Positions 1 to 13,198 of a DNA stretch of 64,000 nucleotides are shown here, piece by piece. Source of the stretch: Auanema rhodensis (taxonomy: Eukaryota; Animalia; Nematoda); contig OZ059896.1 of assembly GCA_964057225.1 (NCBI GenBank), positions 23,064,001-23,128,000 of the forward strand, in the 5' to 3' direction. The position numbers and the translations under genes were made by a program. The notes under the pieces are model-generated. The model was not told where the DNA came from and searched no databases. It saw nothing but the letters and a program-made list of their open reading frames with translations. How positions within the stretch are numbered: position 1 is the first letter of the stretch; the number at the start of each line of letters is the position of its first letter.

Positions 1-80
1 AAGATAAAGAAATGCGGTTTTCAAAATTAGATTCCCCATGTCCATTTTAGTCTAAAAACAAATTTTTATTGATATTGGTT

Positions 81-93
81 CATGGTAACCATG
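81..93. other. Dyad CATGGT-A-ACCATG in essentially every monomer (15-bp TCATGGTAACCATGA in A94 monomers)
   Basis: CATGGT and ACCATG are exact reverse complements around one base; includes a BstEII site GGTAACC. Confidence 0.95.
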
Positions 94-113
94 TCTTTGA
101 AATTTACGTGAAC

Positions 114-133
114 TTTAATTTATGCTAATTAAA
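114..133. other. Inverted repeat TTTAATT-N6-AATTAAA in each monomer
   Basis: 7-bp perfect arms around the loop TATGCT. Confidence 0.9.
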
Positions 134-137
134 TGTA

Positions 138-145
138 CACGTGAT
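138..145 (-). promoter_or_regulatory. E-box/G-box CACGTG; minus strand reads ATCACGTG (matches RTCACRTG, CDEI/Cbf1-USF type)
   Basis: CACGTGAT at 138-145. Motif match only; binding is unproven. Confidence 0.4.
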
Positions 146-167
146 GTGCACTTGGTATGTAACTCGC

Positions 168-177
168 TTCACGTGAA
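168..177. promoter_or_regulatory. 10-bp palindrome TTCACGTGAA containing a second E-box
   Basis: Perfect palindrome; a one-mismatch copy TTTACGTGAA lies at 103-112. Function is unproven. Confidence 0.45.
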
Positions 178-1936
178 AGATAAAGAGATGCGGTTTTCAA
201 AATTAGATTCCCCATGTCCATATTAGTCTAAAAACAAATTTTTATTAATATTGGTTCATGGTAACCATGACTTTGAAATTTACGTGAACTTTAATTTATG
301 CTAATTAAATGTACACGTGATGTGCACTTGGTATGTAACTCGCTTCACGTGAAAGATAAAGAGATGCGGTTTTCAAAATTAGATTCCCCATGTCCATATT
401 AGTCTAAAAACAAATTTTTATTAATATTGGTTCATGGTAACCATGTCTTTGAAATTTACGTGAACTTTAATTTATGCTAATTAAATGTACACGTGATGTG
501 CACTTGGTATGTAACTCGCTTCACGTGAAAGATAAAGAAATGCGGTTTTCAAAATTAGATTCCCCATGTCCATTTTAGTCTAAAAACAAATTTTTATTGA
601 TATTGGTTCATGGTAACCATGTCTTTGAAATTTACGTGAACTTTAATTTATGCTAATTAAATGTACACGTGATGTGCACTTGGTATGTAACTCGCTTCAC
701 GTGAAAGATAAAGAGATGCGGTTTTCAAAATTAGATTCCCCATGTCCATATTAGTCTAAAAACAAATTTTTATTAATATTGGTTCATGGTAACCATGACT
801 TTGAAATTTACGTGAACTTTAATTTATGCTAATTAAATGTACACGTGATGTGCACTTGGTATGTAACTCGCTTCACGTGAAAGATAAAGAGATGCGGTTT
901 TCAAAATTAGATTCCCCATGTCCATATTAGTCTAAAAACAAATTTTTATTAATATTGGTTCATGGTAAACATGTCTTTGAAATTTACGTGAACTTTAATT
1001 TATGCTAATTAAATGTACACGTGATGTGCACTTGGTATGTAACTCGCTTCACGTGAAAGATAAAGAGATGCGGTTTTCAAAATTAGATTCCCCATGTCCA
1101 TATTAGTCTAAAAACAAATTTTTATTAATATTGGTTCATGGTAACCATGTCTTTGAAATTTACGTGAACTTTAATTTATGCTAATTAAATGTACACGTGA
1201 TGTGCACTTGGTATGTAACTCGCTTCACGTGAAAGATAAAGAGATGCGGTTTTCAAAATTAGATTCCCCATGTCCATATTAGTCTAAAAACAAATTTTTA
1301 TTATTATTGGTTCATGGTAACCATGTCTTTGAAATTTACGTGAACTTTAATTTATGCTAATTAAATGTACACGTGATGTGCACTTGGTATGTAACTCGCT
1401 TCACGTGAAAGATAAAGAAATGCGGTTTTCAAAATTAGATTCTCCATGTTCATATTAGTCTAAAAACAAATTTTTATTAATATTGGTTCATGGTAACCAT
1501 GTCTTTGAAATTTACGTGAACTTTAATTTATGCTAATTAAATGTACACGTGATGTGCACTTGGTATGTAACTCGCTTCACGTGAAAGATAAAAAGATGCG
1601 GTTTTCAAAATTAGATTCCCCATGTCCATATTAGTCTAAAAACAAATTTTTATTGATATTGGTTCATGGTAACCATGACTTTGAAATTTACGTGAACTTT
1701 AATTTATGCTAATTAAATGTACACGTGATGTGCACTTGGTATGTAACTCGCTTCACGTGAAAGATAAAGAAATGCGGTTTTCAAAATTAGATTCCCCATG
1801 TCCATTTTAGTCTAAAAACAAATTTTTATTGATATTGGTTCATGGTAACCATGACTTTGAAATTTACGTGAACTTTAATTTATGCTAATTAAATGTACAC
1901 GTGATGTGCACTTGGTATGTAACTCGCTTCACGTGA

Positions 1937-2816
1937 AAGATAAAGAGATGCGGTTTTCGAAATTAGATTCCCCATGTCCATATTAGTCTAAAAACAAATT
2001 GTTATTGATATTGGTTCATGGTAACCATGTCTTTGAAATTTTCGTGAACTTTAATTTATGCTAATTAAATGTACACGTGATGTGCACTTGGTATGTAACT
2101 CGCTTCACGTGAAAGATAAAGAGATGCGGTTTTCAAAATTAGATTCCCCATGTCCATATTAGTCTAAAAACAAATTTTTATTGATATTGGTTCATGGTAA
2201 CCATGACTTTGAAATTTACGTGAACTTTAATTTATGCTAATTAAATGTACACTTGATGTGCACTTGGTATGTAACTCGCTTCACGTGAAAGATAAAGAGA
2301 TGCGGTTTTCAAAATTAGATTCCCCATGTCCATATTAGTCTAAAAAGAAATTTTTATTGATATTGGTTCATGGTAACCATGACTTTGAAATTTACGTGAA
2401 TTTTAATTTATGCTAATTGAATGTACACGTGATGTGCACTTGGTATGTAACTCGCTTCACGTGAAAGATAAAGAGATGCGGTTTTCGAAATTAGATTCCC
2501 CATGTCCATATTAGTCTAAAAACAAATTGTTATTGATATTGGTTCATGGTAACCATGTCTTTGAAATTTTCGTGAACTTTAATTTATGCTAATTAAATGT
2601 ACACGTGATGTGCACTTGGTATGTAACTCGCTTCACGTGAAAGATAAAGAGATGCGGTTTTCAAAATTAGATTCCCCATGTCCATATTAGTCTAAAAACA
2701 AATTTTTATTGATATTGGTTCATGGTAACCATGACTTTGAAATTTACGTGAACTTTAATTTATGCTAATTAAATGTACACTTGATGTGCACTTGGTATGT
2801 AACTCGCTTCACGTGA
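1937..2816 (+). repeat. 3-mer-offset duplication
   Basis: Monomers at 1937 and 2465 share TTTTCGAAA, AAATTGTT and TTTTCGTG; monomers at 2113 and 2641 share CACTTG (G141T). Confidence 0.85.
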
Positions 2817-3872
2817 AAGATAAAGAGATGCGGTTTTCAAAATTAGATTCCCCATGTCCATATTAGTCTAAAAACAAATTTTTATTGATATTGGTTCATG
2901 GTAACCATGACTTTGAAATTTACGTGAACTTTAATTTATGCTAATTAAATGTACACGTGATGTGCACTTGGTATGTAACTCGCTTCACGTGAAAGATAAA
3001 GAGATGCGGTTTTCAAAATTAGATTCCCCATGTCCATATTAGTATAAAAACAAATTTTTATTAATATTGGTTCATGGTAACCATGTCTTTGAAATTTACG
3101 TGAACTTTAATTTATGCTAATTAAATGTACACGTGATGTGCACTTGGTATGTAACTCGCTTCACGTGAAAGATAAAGAGATGCGGTTTTCAAAATTAGAT
3201 TCCCCATGTCCATATTAGTCTAAAAACAAATTTTTATTAATATTGGTTCATGGTAACCATGTCTTTGAAATTTACGTGAACTTTAATTTATGCTAATTAA
3301 ATGTACACGTGATGTGCACTTGGTATGTAACTCGCTTCACGTGAAAGATAAAGAGATGCGGTTTTCAAAATTAGATTCCCCATGTCCATATTAGTCTAAA
3401 AACAAATTTTTATTGATATTGGTTCATGGTAACCATGACTTTGAAATTTACGTGAACTTTAATTTATGCTAATCAAATGTACACGTGATGTGCACTTGGT
3501 ATGTAACTCGCTTCACGTGAAAGATAAAGAGATGCGGTTTTCAAAATTAGATTCCCCATGTCCATATTAGTCTAAAAACAAATTTTTATTGATATTGGTT
3601 CATGGTAACCATGATTTTGAAATTTACGTGAACTTTAATTTATGCTAATTAAATGTACACGTGATGTGCACTTGGTATGTAACTCGCTTCACGTGAAAGA
3701 TAAAGAGATGCGGTTTTCAAAATTAGATTCCCCATGTCCATATTAGTCTAAAAACAAATTTTTATTAATATTGGTTCATGGTAACCATGTCTTTGAAATT
3801 TACGTGAACTTTAATTTATGCTAATTAAATGTACACGTGATGTGCACTTGGTATGTAACTCGCTTCACGTGA

Positions 3873-6800
3873 AAGATAAAGAGATGCGGTTTTCAAAATT
3901 AGATTCCCCATGTCCATATTAGTCTAAAAACAAATTTTTATTGATATTGGTTCATGGTAACCATGACTTTGAAATTTACGTGAACTTTAATTTATGCTAA
4001 TCAAATGTACACGTGATGTGCACTTGGTATGTAACTCGCTTCACGTGAAAGATAAAGAGATGCGGTTTTCAAAATTAGATTCCCCATGTCCATATTAGTC
4101 TAAAAACAAATTTTTATTGATATTGGTTCATGGTAACCATGATTTTGAAATTTACGTGAACTTTAATTTATGCTAATTAAATGTACACGTGATGTGCACT
4201 TGGTATGTAACTCGCTTCACGTGAAAGATAAAGAAATGCGGTTTTCAAAATTAGATTCCCCATGTCCATTTTAGTCTAAAAACAAGTTTTTATTGATATT
4301 GGTTCATGGTAACCATGACTTTGAAACTTACGTGAACTTTAATTTATGCTAATTAAATGTACACGTGATGTGCACTTGGTATGTAACTCGCTTCACGTGA
4401 AAGATAAAGAGTTGCGGTTTTCAAAATTAGATTCCCCATGTCCATATTAGTCTAAAAACAAATTTTTATTAATATTGGTTCATGGTAACCATGTCTTTGA
4501 AATTTACGTGAACTTTAATTTATGCTAATTAAATGTACACGTGATGTGCACTTGGTATGTAACTCGCTTCACGTGAAAGATAAAGAGATGCGGTTTTCAA
4601 AATTAGATTCCCCATGTCCATATTAGTCTAAAAAGAAATTTTTATTGATATTGGTTCATGGTAACCATGACTTTGAAATTTACGTGAACTTTAATTTATG
4701 CTAATTAAATGTACACGTGATGTGCACTTGGTATGTAACTCGCTTCACGTGAAAGATAAAGAGATGCGGTTTTCGAAATTAGATTCCCCATGTCCATATT
4801 AGTCTAAAAACAAATTTTTATTAATATTGGTTCATGGTAACCATGTCTTTGAAATTTACGTGAACTTTAATTTATGCTAATTAAATGTACACGTGATGTG
4901 CACTTGGTATGTAACTCGCTTCACGTGAAAGATAAAGAGATGCGGTTTTCAAAATTAGATTCCCCATGTCCATATTAGTCTAAAAACAAATTTTTATTGA
5001 TATTGGTTCATGGTAACCATGACTTTGAAATTTACGTGAACTTTAATTTATGCTAATTAAATGTACACGTGATGTGCACTTGGTATGTAACTCGCTTCAC
5101 GTGAAAGATAAAGAGATGCGGTTTTCAAAATTAGATTCCCCATGTCCATATTAGTATAAAAACAAATTTTTATTAATATTGGTTCATGGTAACCATGTCT
5201 TTGAAATTTACGTGAACTTTAATTTATGCTAATTAAATGTACACGTGATGTGCACTTGGTATGTAACTCGCTTCACGTGAAAGATAAAGAGATGCGGTTT
5301 TCAAAATTAGATTCCCCATGTCCATATTAGTCTAAAAACAAATTTTATTGATATTGGTTCATGGTAACCATGACTTTGAAATTTACGTGAACTTTAATTT
5401 ATGCTAATTAAATGTACACGTGATGTGCACTTGGTATGTAACTCGCTTCACGTGAAAGATAAAGAGATGCGGTTTTCAAAATTAGATTCCCCATGTCCAT
5501 ATTAGTCTAAAAACAAATTTTTATTGATATTGGTTCATGGTAACCATGACTTTGAAATTTACGTGAACTTTAATTTATGCTAATTAAATGTACACGTGAT
5601 GTGCACTTGGTATGTAACTCGCTTCACGTGAAAGATAAAGAGATGCGGTTTTCAAAATTAGATTCCCCATGTCCATATTAGTATAAAAACAAATTTTTAT
5701 TAATATTGGTTCATGGTAACCATGTCTTTGAAATTTACGTGAACTTTAATTTATGCTAATTAAATGTACACGTGATGTGCACTTGGTATGTAACTCGCTT
5801 CACGTGAAAGATAAAGAGATGCGGTTTTCAAAATTAGATTCCCCATGTCCATATTAGTCTAAAAACAAATTTTTATTAATATTGGTTCATGGTAACCATG
5901 TCTTTGAAATTTACGTGAACTTTAATTTATGCTAATTAAATGTACACGTGATGTGCACTTGGTATGTAACTCGCTTCACGTGAAAGATAAAGAGATGCGG
6001 TTTTCAAAATTAGATTCCCCATGTCCATATTAGTCTAAAAACATATTTTTATTAATATTGGTTCATGGTAACCATGTCTTTGAAATTTACGTGAACTTTA
6101 ATTTATGCTAATTAAATGTACACGTGATGTGCACTTGGTATGTAACTCGCTTCACGTGAAAGATAAAGAGATGCGGTTTTCAAAATTAGATTCCCCATGT
6201 CCATATTAGTCTAAAAAGAAATTTTTATTGATATTGGTTCATGGTAACCATGACTTTGAAATTTACGTGAACTTTAATTTATGCTAATTAAATGTACACG
6301 TGATGTGCACTTGGTATGTAACTCGCTTCACGTGAAAGATAAAGAGATGCGGTTTTCGAAATTAGATTCCCCATGTCCATATTAGTCTAAAAACAAATTT
6401 TTATTAATATTGGTTCATGGTAACCATGTCTTTGAAATTTACGTGAACTTTAATTTATGCTAATTAAATGTACACGTGATGTGCACTTGGTATGTAACTC
6501 GCTTCACGTGAAAGATAAAGAGATGCGGTTTTCAAAATTAGATTCCCCATGTCCATATTAGTCTAAAAACAAATTTTTATTGATATTGGTTCATGGTAAC
6601 CATGACTTTGAAATTTACGTGAACTTTAATTTATGCTAATTAAATGTACACGTGATGTGCACTTGGTATGTAACTCGCTTCACGTGAAAGATAAAGAGAT
6701 GCGGTTTTCAAAATTAGATTCCCCATGTCCATATTAGTATGAAAACAAATTTTTATTAATATTGGTTCATGGTAACCATGTCTTTGAAATTTACGTGAAC

Positions 6801-9150
6801 TTTAATTTATGCTAATTAAATGTACACGTGATGTGCACTTGGTATGTAACTCGCTTCACGTGAAAGATAAAGCGATGCAGTTTTCAAAATTAGATTCCCC
6901 ATGTCCATATTAGTCTAAAAACAAATTTTTATTGATATTGGTTCATGGTAACCATGACTTTGAAATTTACGTGAACTTTAATTTATGCTAATTAAATGTA
7001 CACGTGATGTGCACTTGGTATGTAACTCGCTTCACGTGAAAGATAAAGAGATGCGGTTTTCAAAATTAGATTCCCCATGTCCATATTAGTCTAAAAACAA
7101 ATTTTTATTGATATTGGTTCATGGTAACCATGACTTTGAAATTTACGTGAACTTTAATTTATGCTAATTAAATGTACACGTGATGTGCACTTGGTATGTA
7201 ACTCGCTTCACGTGAAAGATAAAGAGATGCGGTTTTCAAAATTAGATTCCCCATGTCCATATTAGTATAAAAACAAATTTTTATTAATATTGGTTCATGG
7301 TAACCATGTCTTTGAAATTTACGTGAACTTTAATTTATGCTAATTAAATGTACACGTGATGTGCACTTGGTATGTAACTCGCTTCACGTGAAAGATAAAG
7401 AGATGCGGTTTTCAAAATTAGATTCCCCATGTCCATATTAGTCTAAAAACAAATTTTTATTAATATTGGTTCATGGTAACCATGTCTTTGAAATTTACGT
7501 GAACTTTAATTTATGCTAATTAAATGTACACGTGATGTGCACTTGGTATGTAACTCGCTTCACGTGAAAGATAAAGAGATGCGGTTTTCAAAATTAGATT
7601 CCCCATGTCCATATTAGTCTAAAAACAAATTTTTATTGATATTGGTTCATGGTAACCATGACTTCGAAATTTACGTGAACTTTAATTTATGCTAATCAAA
7701 TGTACACGTGATGTGCACTTGGTATGTAACTCGCTTCACGTGAAAGATAAAGAGATGCGGTTTTCAAAATTAGATTCCCCATGTCCATATTAGTCTAAAA
7801 ACAAATTTTTATTGATATTGGTTCATGGTAACCATGATTTTGAAATTTACGTGAACTTTAATTTATGCTAATTAAATGTACACGTGATGTGCACTTGGTA
7901 TGTAACTCGCTTCACGTGAAAGATAAAGAAATGCGGTTTTCAAAATTAGATTCCCCATGTCCATTTTAGTCTAAAAATAAGTTTTTATTGATATTGGTTC
8001 ATGGTAACCATGACTTTGAAACTTACGTGAACTTTAATTTATGCTAATTAAATGTACACGTGATGTGCACTTGGTATGTAACTCGCTTCACGTGAAAGAT
8101 AAAGAGTTGCGGTTTTCAAAATTAGATTCCCCATGTCCATATTAGTCTAAAAACAAATTTTTATTAATATTGGTTCATGGTAACCATGTCTTTGAAATTT
8201 ACGTGAACTTTAATTTATGCTAATTAAATGTACACGTGATGTGCACTTGGTATGTAACTCGCTTCACGTGAAAGATAAAGAGATGCGGTTTTCAAAATTA
8301 GATTCCCCATGTCCATATTAGTCTAAAAAGAAATTTTTATTGATATTGGTTCATGGTAACCATGACTTTGAAAATTACGTGAACTTTAATTTATGCTAAT
8401 TAAATGTACACGTGATGTGCACTTGGTATGTAACTCGCTTCACGTGAAAGATAAAGAGATGCGGTTTTCGAAATTAGATTCCCCATGTCCATATTAGTCT
8501 AAAAACAAATTTTTATTAATATTGGTTCATGGTAACCATGTCTTTGAAATTTACGTGAACTTTAATTTATGCTAATTAAATGTACACGTGATGTGCACTT
8601 GGTATGTAACTCGCTTCACGTGAAAGATAAAGAGATGCGGTTTTCAAAATTAGATTCCCCATGTCCATATTAGTCTAAAAACAAATTTTTATTGATATTG
8701 GTTCATGGTAACCATGACTTTGAAATTTACGTGAACTTTAATTTATGCTAATTAAATGTACACGTGATGTGCACTTGGTATGTAACTCGCTTCACGTGAA
8801 AGATAAAGAGATGCGGTTTTCAAAATTAGATTCCCCATGTCCATATTAGTATAAAAACAAATTTTTATTAATATTGGTTCATGGTAACCATGTCTTTGAA
8901 ATTTACGTGAACTTTAATTTATGCTAATTAAATGTACACGTGATGTGCACTTGGTATGTAACTCGCTTCACGTGAAAGATAAAGAGATGCGGTTTTCAAA
9001 ATTAGATTCCCCATGTCCATATTAGTCTAAAAACAAATTTTATTGATATTGGTTCATGGTAACCATGACTTTGAAATTTACGTGAACTTTAATTTATGCT
9101 AATTAAATGTACACGTGATGTGCACTTGGTATGTAACTCGCTTCACGTGA
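3873..9150 (+). repeat. 21-mer-offset duplication (3695 bp) with nested 9-mer offset
   Basis: The ordered markers AATCAAA, GATTTTG, GAAATG+GAAACTTA, GAGTTGC, AAAAGAAA, TTTTCGAA, AGTATAAA and a T-deletion at 3873-5455 recur at 7568-9150. Part of the series also recurs at 6160 (9 monomers after 4577). Confidence 0.88.
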
Positions 9151-12100
9151 AAGATAAAGAGATGCGGTTTTCAAAATTAGATTCCCCATGTCCATATTAG
9201 TCTAAAAACAAATTTTTATTAATATTGGTTCATGGTAACCATGTCTTTGAAATTTACGTGAACTTTAATTTATGCTAATTAAATGTACACGTGATGTGCA
9301 CTTGGTATGTAACTCGCTTCACGTGAAAGTTAAAGAGATGCGGTTTTCAAAATTAGATTCCCCATGTCCATATTAGTCTAAAAACAAATTTTTATTAATA
9401 TTGGTTCATGGTAACCATGTCTTTGAAATTTACGTGAACTTTAATTTATGCTAATTAAATGTACACGTGATGTGCACTTGGTATGTAACTCGCTTCACGT
9501 GAAAGATAAAGAGATGCGGTTTTCAAAATTAGATTCCCCATGTCCATATTAGTCTAAAAACAAATTTTTATTGATATTGGTTCATGGTAACCATGACTTT
9601 GAAATTTACGTGAACTTTAATTTATGCTAATTAAATGTACACGTGATGTGCACTTGGTATGTAACCCGCTTCACGTGAAAGATAAAGAGATGCGGTTTTC
9701 AAAATTAGATTCCCCATGTCCATATTAGTCTAAAAACAAATTTTTATTAATATTGGTTCATGGTAACCATGTCTTTGAAATTTACGTGAACTTTAATTTA
9801 TGCTAATTAAATGTACACGTGATGTGCACTTGGTATGTAACTCGCTTCACGTGAAAGATAAAGAGATGCGGTTTTCAAAATTAGATTCCCCATGTCCATA
9901 TTAGTCTAAAAACAAATTTTTATTGATATTGGTTCATGGTAACCATGACTTTGAAATTTACGTGAACTTTAATTTATGCTAATCAAATGTACACGTGATG
10001 TGCACTTGGTATGTAACTCGCTTCACGTGAAAGATAAAGAGATGCGGTTTTCAAAATTAGATTCCCCATGTCCATATTAGTCTAAAAACAAATTTTTATT
10101 GATATTGGTTCATGGTAACCATGACTTTGAAATTTACGTGAACTTTAATTTATGCTAATTAAATGTACACGTGATGTGCACTTGGTATGTAACTCGCTTC
10201 ACGTGAAAGATAAAGAGATGCGGTTTTCAAAATTAGATTCCCCATGTCCATATTAGTCTAAAAACAAATTTTTATTAATATTGGTTCATGGTAACCATGT
10301 CTTTGAAATTTACGTGAACTTTAATTTATGCTAATTAAATGTACACGTGATGTGCACTTGGTATGTAACTCGCTTCACGTGAAAGATAAAGAGATGCGGT
10401 TTTCAAAATTAGATTCCCCATGTCCATATTAGTCTAAAAACAAATTTTTATTGATATTGGTTCATGGTAACCATGACTTTGAAATTTACGTGAACTTTAA
10501 TTTATGCTAATCAAATGTACACGTGATGTGCACTTGGTATGTAACTCGCTTCACGTGAAAGATAAAGAGATGCGGTTTTCAAAATTAGATTCCCCATGTC
10601 CATATTAGTCTAAAAACAAATTTTTATTGATATTGGTTCATGGTAACCATGACTTTGAAATTTACGTGAACTTTAATTTATGCTAATTAAATGTACACGT
10701 GATGTGCACTTGGTATGTAACCCGCTTCACGTGAAAGATAAAGAGATGCGGTTTTCAAAATTAGATTCCCCATGTCCATATTAGTCTAAAAACAAATTTT
10801 TATTAATATTGGTTCATGGTAACCATGTCTTTGAAATTTACGTGAACTTTAATTTATGCTAATTAAATGTACACGTGATGTGCACTTGGTATGTAACTCG
10901 CTTCACGTGAAAGATAAAGAGATGCGGTTTTCAAAATTAGATTCCCCATGTCCATATTAGTCTAAAAACAAATTTTTATTGATATTGGTTCATGGTAACC
11001 ATGACTTTGAAATTTACGTGAACTTTAATTTATGCTAATCAAATGTACACGTGATGTGCACTTGGTATGTAACTCGCTTCACGTGAAAGATAAAGAGATG
11101 CGGTTTTCAAAATTAGATTCCCCATGTCCATATTAGTCTAAAAACAAATTTTTATTGATATTGGTTCATGGTAACCATGACTTTGAAATTTACGTGAACT
11201 TTAATTTATGCTAATTAAATGTACACGTGATGTGCACTTGGTATGTAACCCGCTTCACGTGAAAGATAAAGAGATGCGGTTTTCAAAATTAGATTCCCCA
11301 TGTCCATATTAGTCTAAAAACAAATTTTTATTGATATTGGTTCATGGTAACCATGACTTTGAAATTTACGTGAACTTTAATTTATGCTAATTAAATGTAC
11401 ACGTGATGTGCACTTGGTATGTAACTCGCTTCACGTGAAAGATAAAGAGATGCGGTTTTCAAAATTAGATTCCCCATGTCCATATTAGTCTAAAAACAAA
11501 TTTTTATTGATATTGGTTCATGGTAACCATGACTTTGAAATTTACGTGAACTTTAATTTATGCTAATCAAATGTACACGTGATGTGCACTTGGTATGTAA
11601 CTCGCTTCACGTGAAAGAGAAAGAGATGCGGTTTTCAAAATTAGATTCCCCATGTCCATATTAGTCTAAAAACAAATCTTTATTGATATTGGTTCATGGT
11701 AACCATGACTTTGAAATTTACGTGAACTTTAATTTATGCTAATTAAATGTACACGTGATGTGCACTTGGTATGTAACTCGCTTCACGTGAAAGATAAAGA
11801 GATGCGGTTTTCAAAATTAGATTCCCCATGTCCATATTAGTCTAAAAACAAATTTTTATTGATATTGGTTCATGGTAACCATGACTTTGAAATTTACGTG
11901 AACTTTAATTTATGCTAATTAAATGTACACGTGATGTGCACTTGGTATGTAACTCGCTTCACGTGGAAGATAAAGAGATGCGGTTTTCAAAATTAGATTC
12001 CCCATGTCCATATTAGTCTAAAAACAAATTTTTATTAATATTGGTTCATGGTAACCATGTCTTTGAAATTTACGTGAACTTTAATTTATGCTAATTAAAT

Positions 12101-13198
12101 GTACACGTGATGTGCACTTGGTATGTAACTCGCTTCACGTGAAAGAGAAAGAGATGCGGTTTTCAAAATTAGATTCCCCATGTCCATATTAGTCTAAAAA
12201 CAAATCTTTATTGATATTGGTTCATGGTAACCATGACTTTGAAATTTACGTGAACTTTAATTTATGCTAATTAAATGTACACGTGATGTGCACTTGGTAT
12301 GTAACTCGCTTCACGTGAAAGATAAAGAGATGCGGTTTTCAAAATTAGATTCCCCATGTCCATATTAGTCTAAAAACAAATTTTTATTGATATTGGTTCA
12401 TGGTAACCATGACTTTGAAATTTACGTGAACTTTAATTTATGCTAATCAAATGTACACGTGATGTGCACTTGGTATGTAACTCGCTTCACGTGAAAGATA
12501 AAGAGATGCGGTTTTCAAAATTAGATTCCCCATGTCCATATTAGTCTAAAAACAAATTTTTATTGATATTGGTTCATGGTAACCATGACTTTGAAATTTA
12601 CGTGAACTTTAATTTATGCTAATTAAATGTACACGTGATGTGCACTTGGTATGTAACTCGCTTCACGTGAAAGATAAAGAGATGCAGTTTTCAAAATTAG
12701 ATTCCCCATGTCCATATTAGTCTAAAAACAAATTTTTATTGATAATGGTTCATGGTAACCATGACTTTGAAATTTACGTGAACTTTAATTTATGCTAATT
12801 AAATGTACACGTGATGTGCACTTGGTATGTAACTCGCTTCACGTGAAAGATAAAGAGATGCGGTTTTCAAAATTAGATTCCCCATGTCCATATTAGTCTA
12901 AAAACAAATTTTTATTGATATTGGTTCATGGTAACCATGACTTTGAAATTTACGTGAACTTTAATTTATGCTAATTAAATGTACACGTGATGTGCACTTG
13001 GTATGTAACTCGCTTCACGTGAAAGATAAAGAGATGCGGTTTTCAAAATTAGATTCCCCATGTCCATATTAGTCTAAAAACAAATTTTTATTAATATTGG
13101 TTCATGGTAACCATGTCTTTGAAATTTACGTGAACTTTAATTTATGCTAATTAAATGTACACGTGATGTGCACTTGGTATGTAACTCGCTTCACGTGA

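Larger units (their letters stand above)
1..176 (+). repeat. Representative 176-bp monomer (arbitrary phase)
   Basis: First unit; the next starts at 177. This copy carries G11A and A46T and a recombinant G71/T94 combination. Confidence 0.98.
1..1056 (+). repeat. 3-mer (528-bp) tandem duplication
   Basis: Monomers at 1 and 529 share G11A, A46T and G71/T94; monomers at 177 and 705 share A71/A94. Confidence 0.85.

Noticed and set aside
122-129. Octamer-like ATGCTAAT / homeodomain TAATTA site
   Set aside because: Short AT-rich motifs expected by chance, with no supporting context.
18-133. Phased A-tract curvature
   Set aside because: A/T tracts are present but not obviously at a regular ~10.5-bp spacing; this needs a curvature computation.
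1-176. Identity with alpha satellite, Arabidopsis CEN178, Brassica CentBr or an AluI-defined 176-bp family
   Set aside because: Only the length is similar. No recognisable motifs, and no AGCT/AAGCTT site in the consensus. A database search is needed.
1-176. Tandem 5S rRNA, tRNA, snRNA or spliced-leader gene units
   Set aside because: No recognisable Pol III boxes, cloverleaf or conserved RNA sequence; too AT-rich.
1954-1975. CENP-B box at TTCG-containing variants
   Set aside because: The TTCGNNNNANNCGGG core is not matched on either strand.
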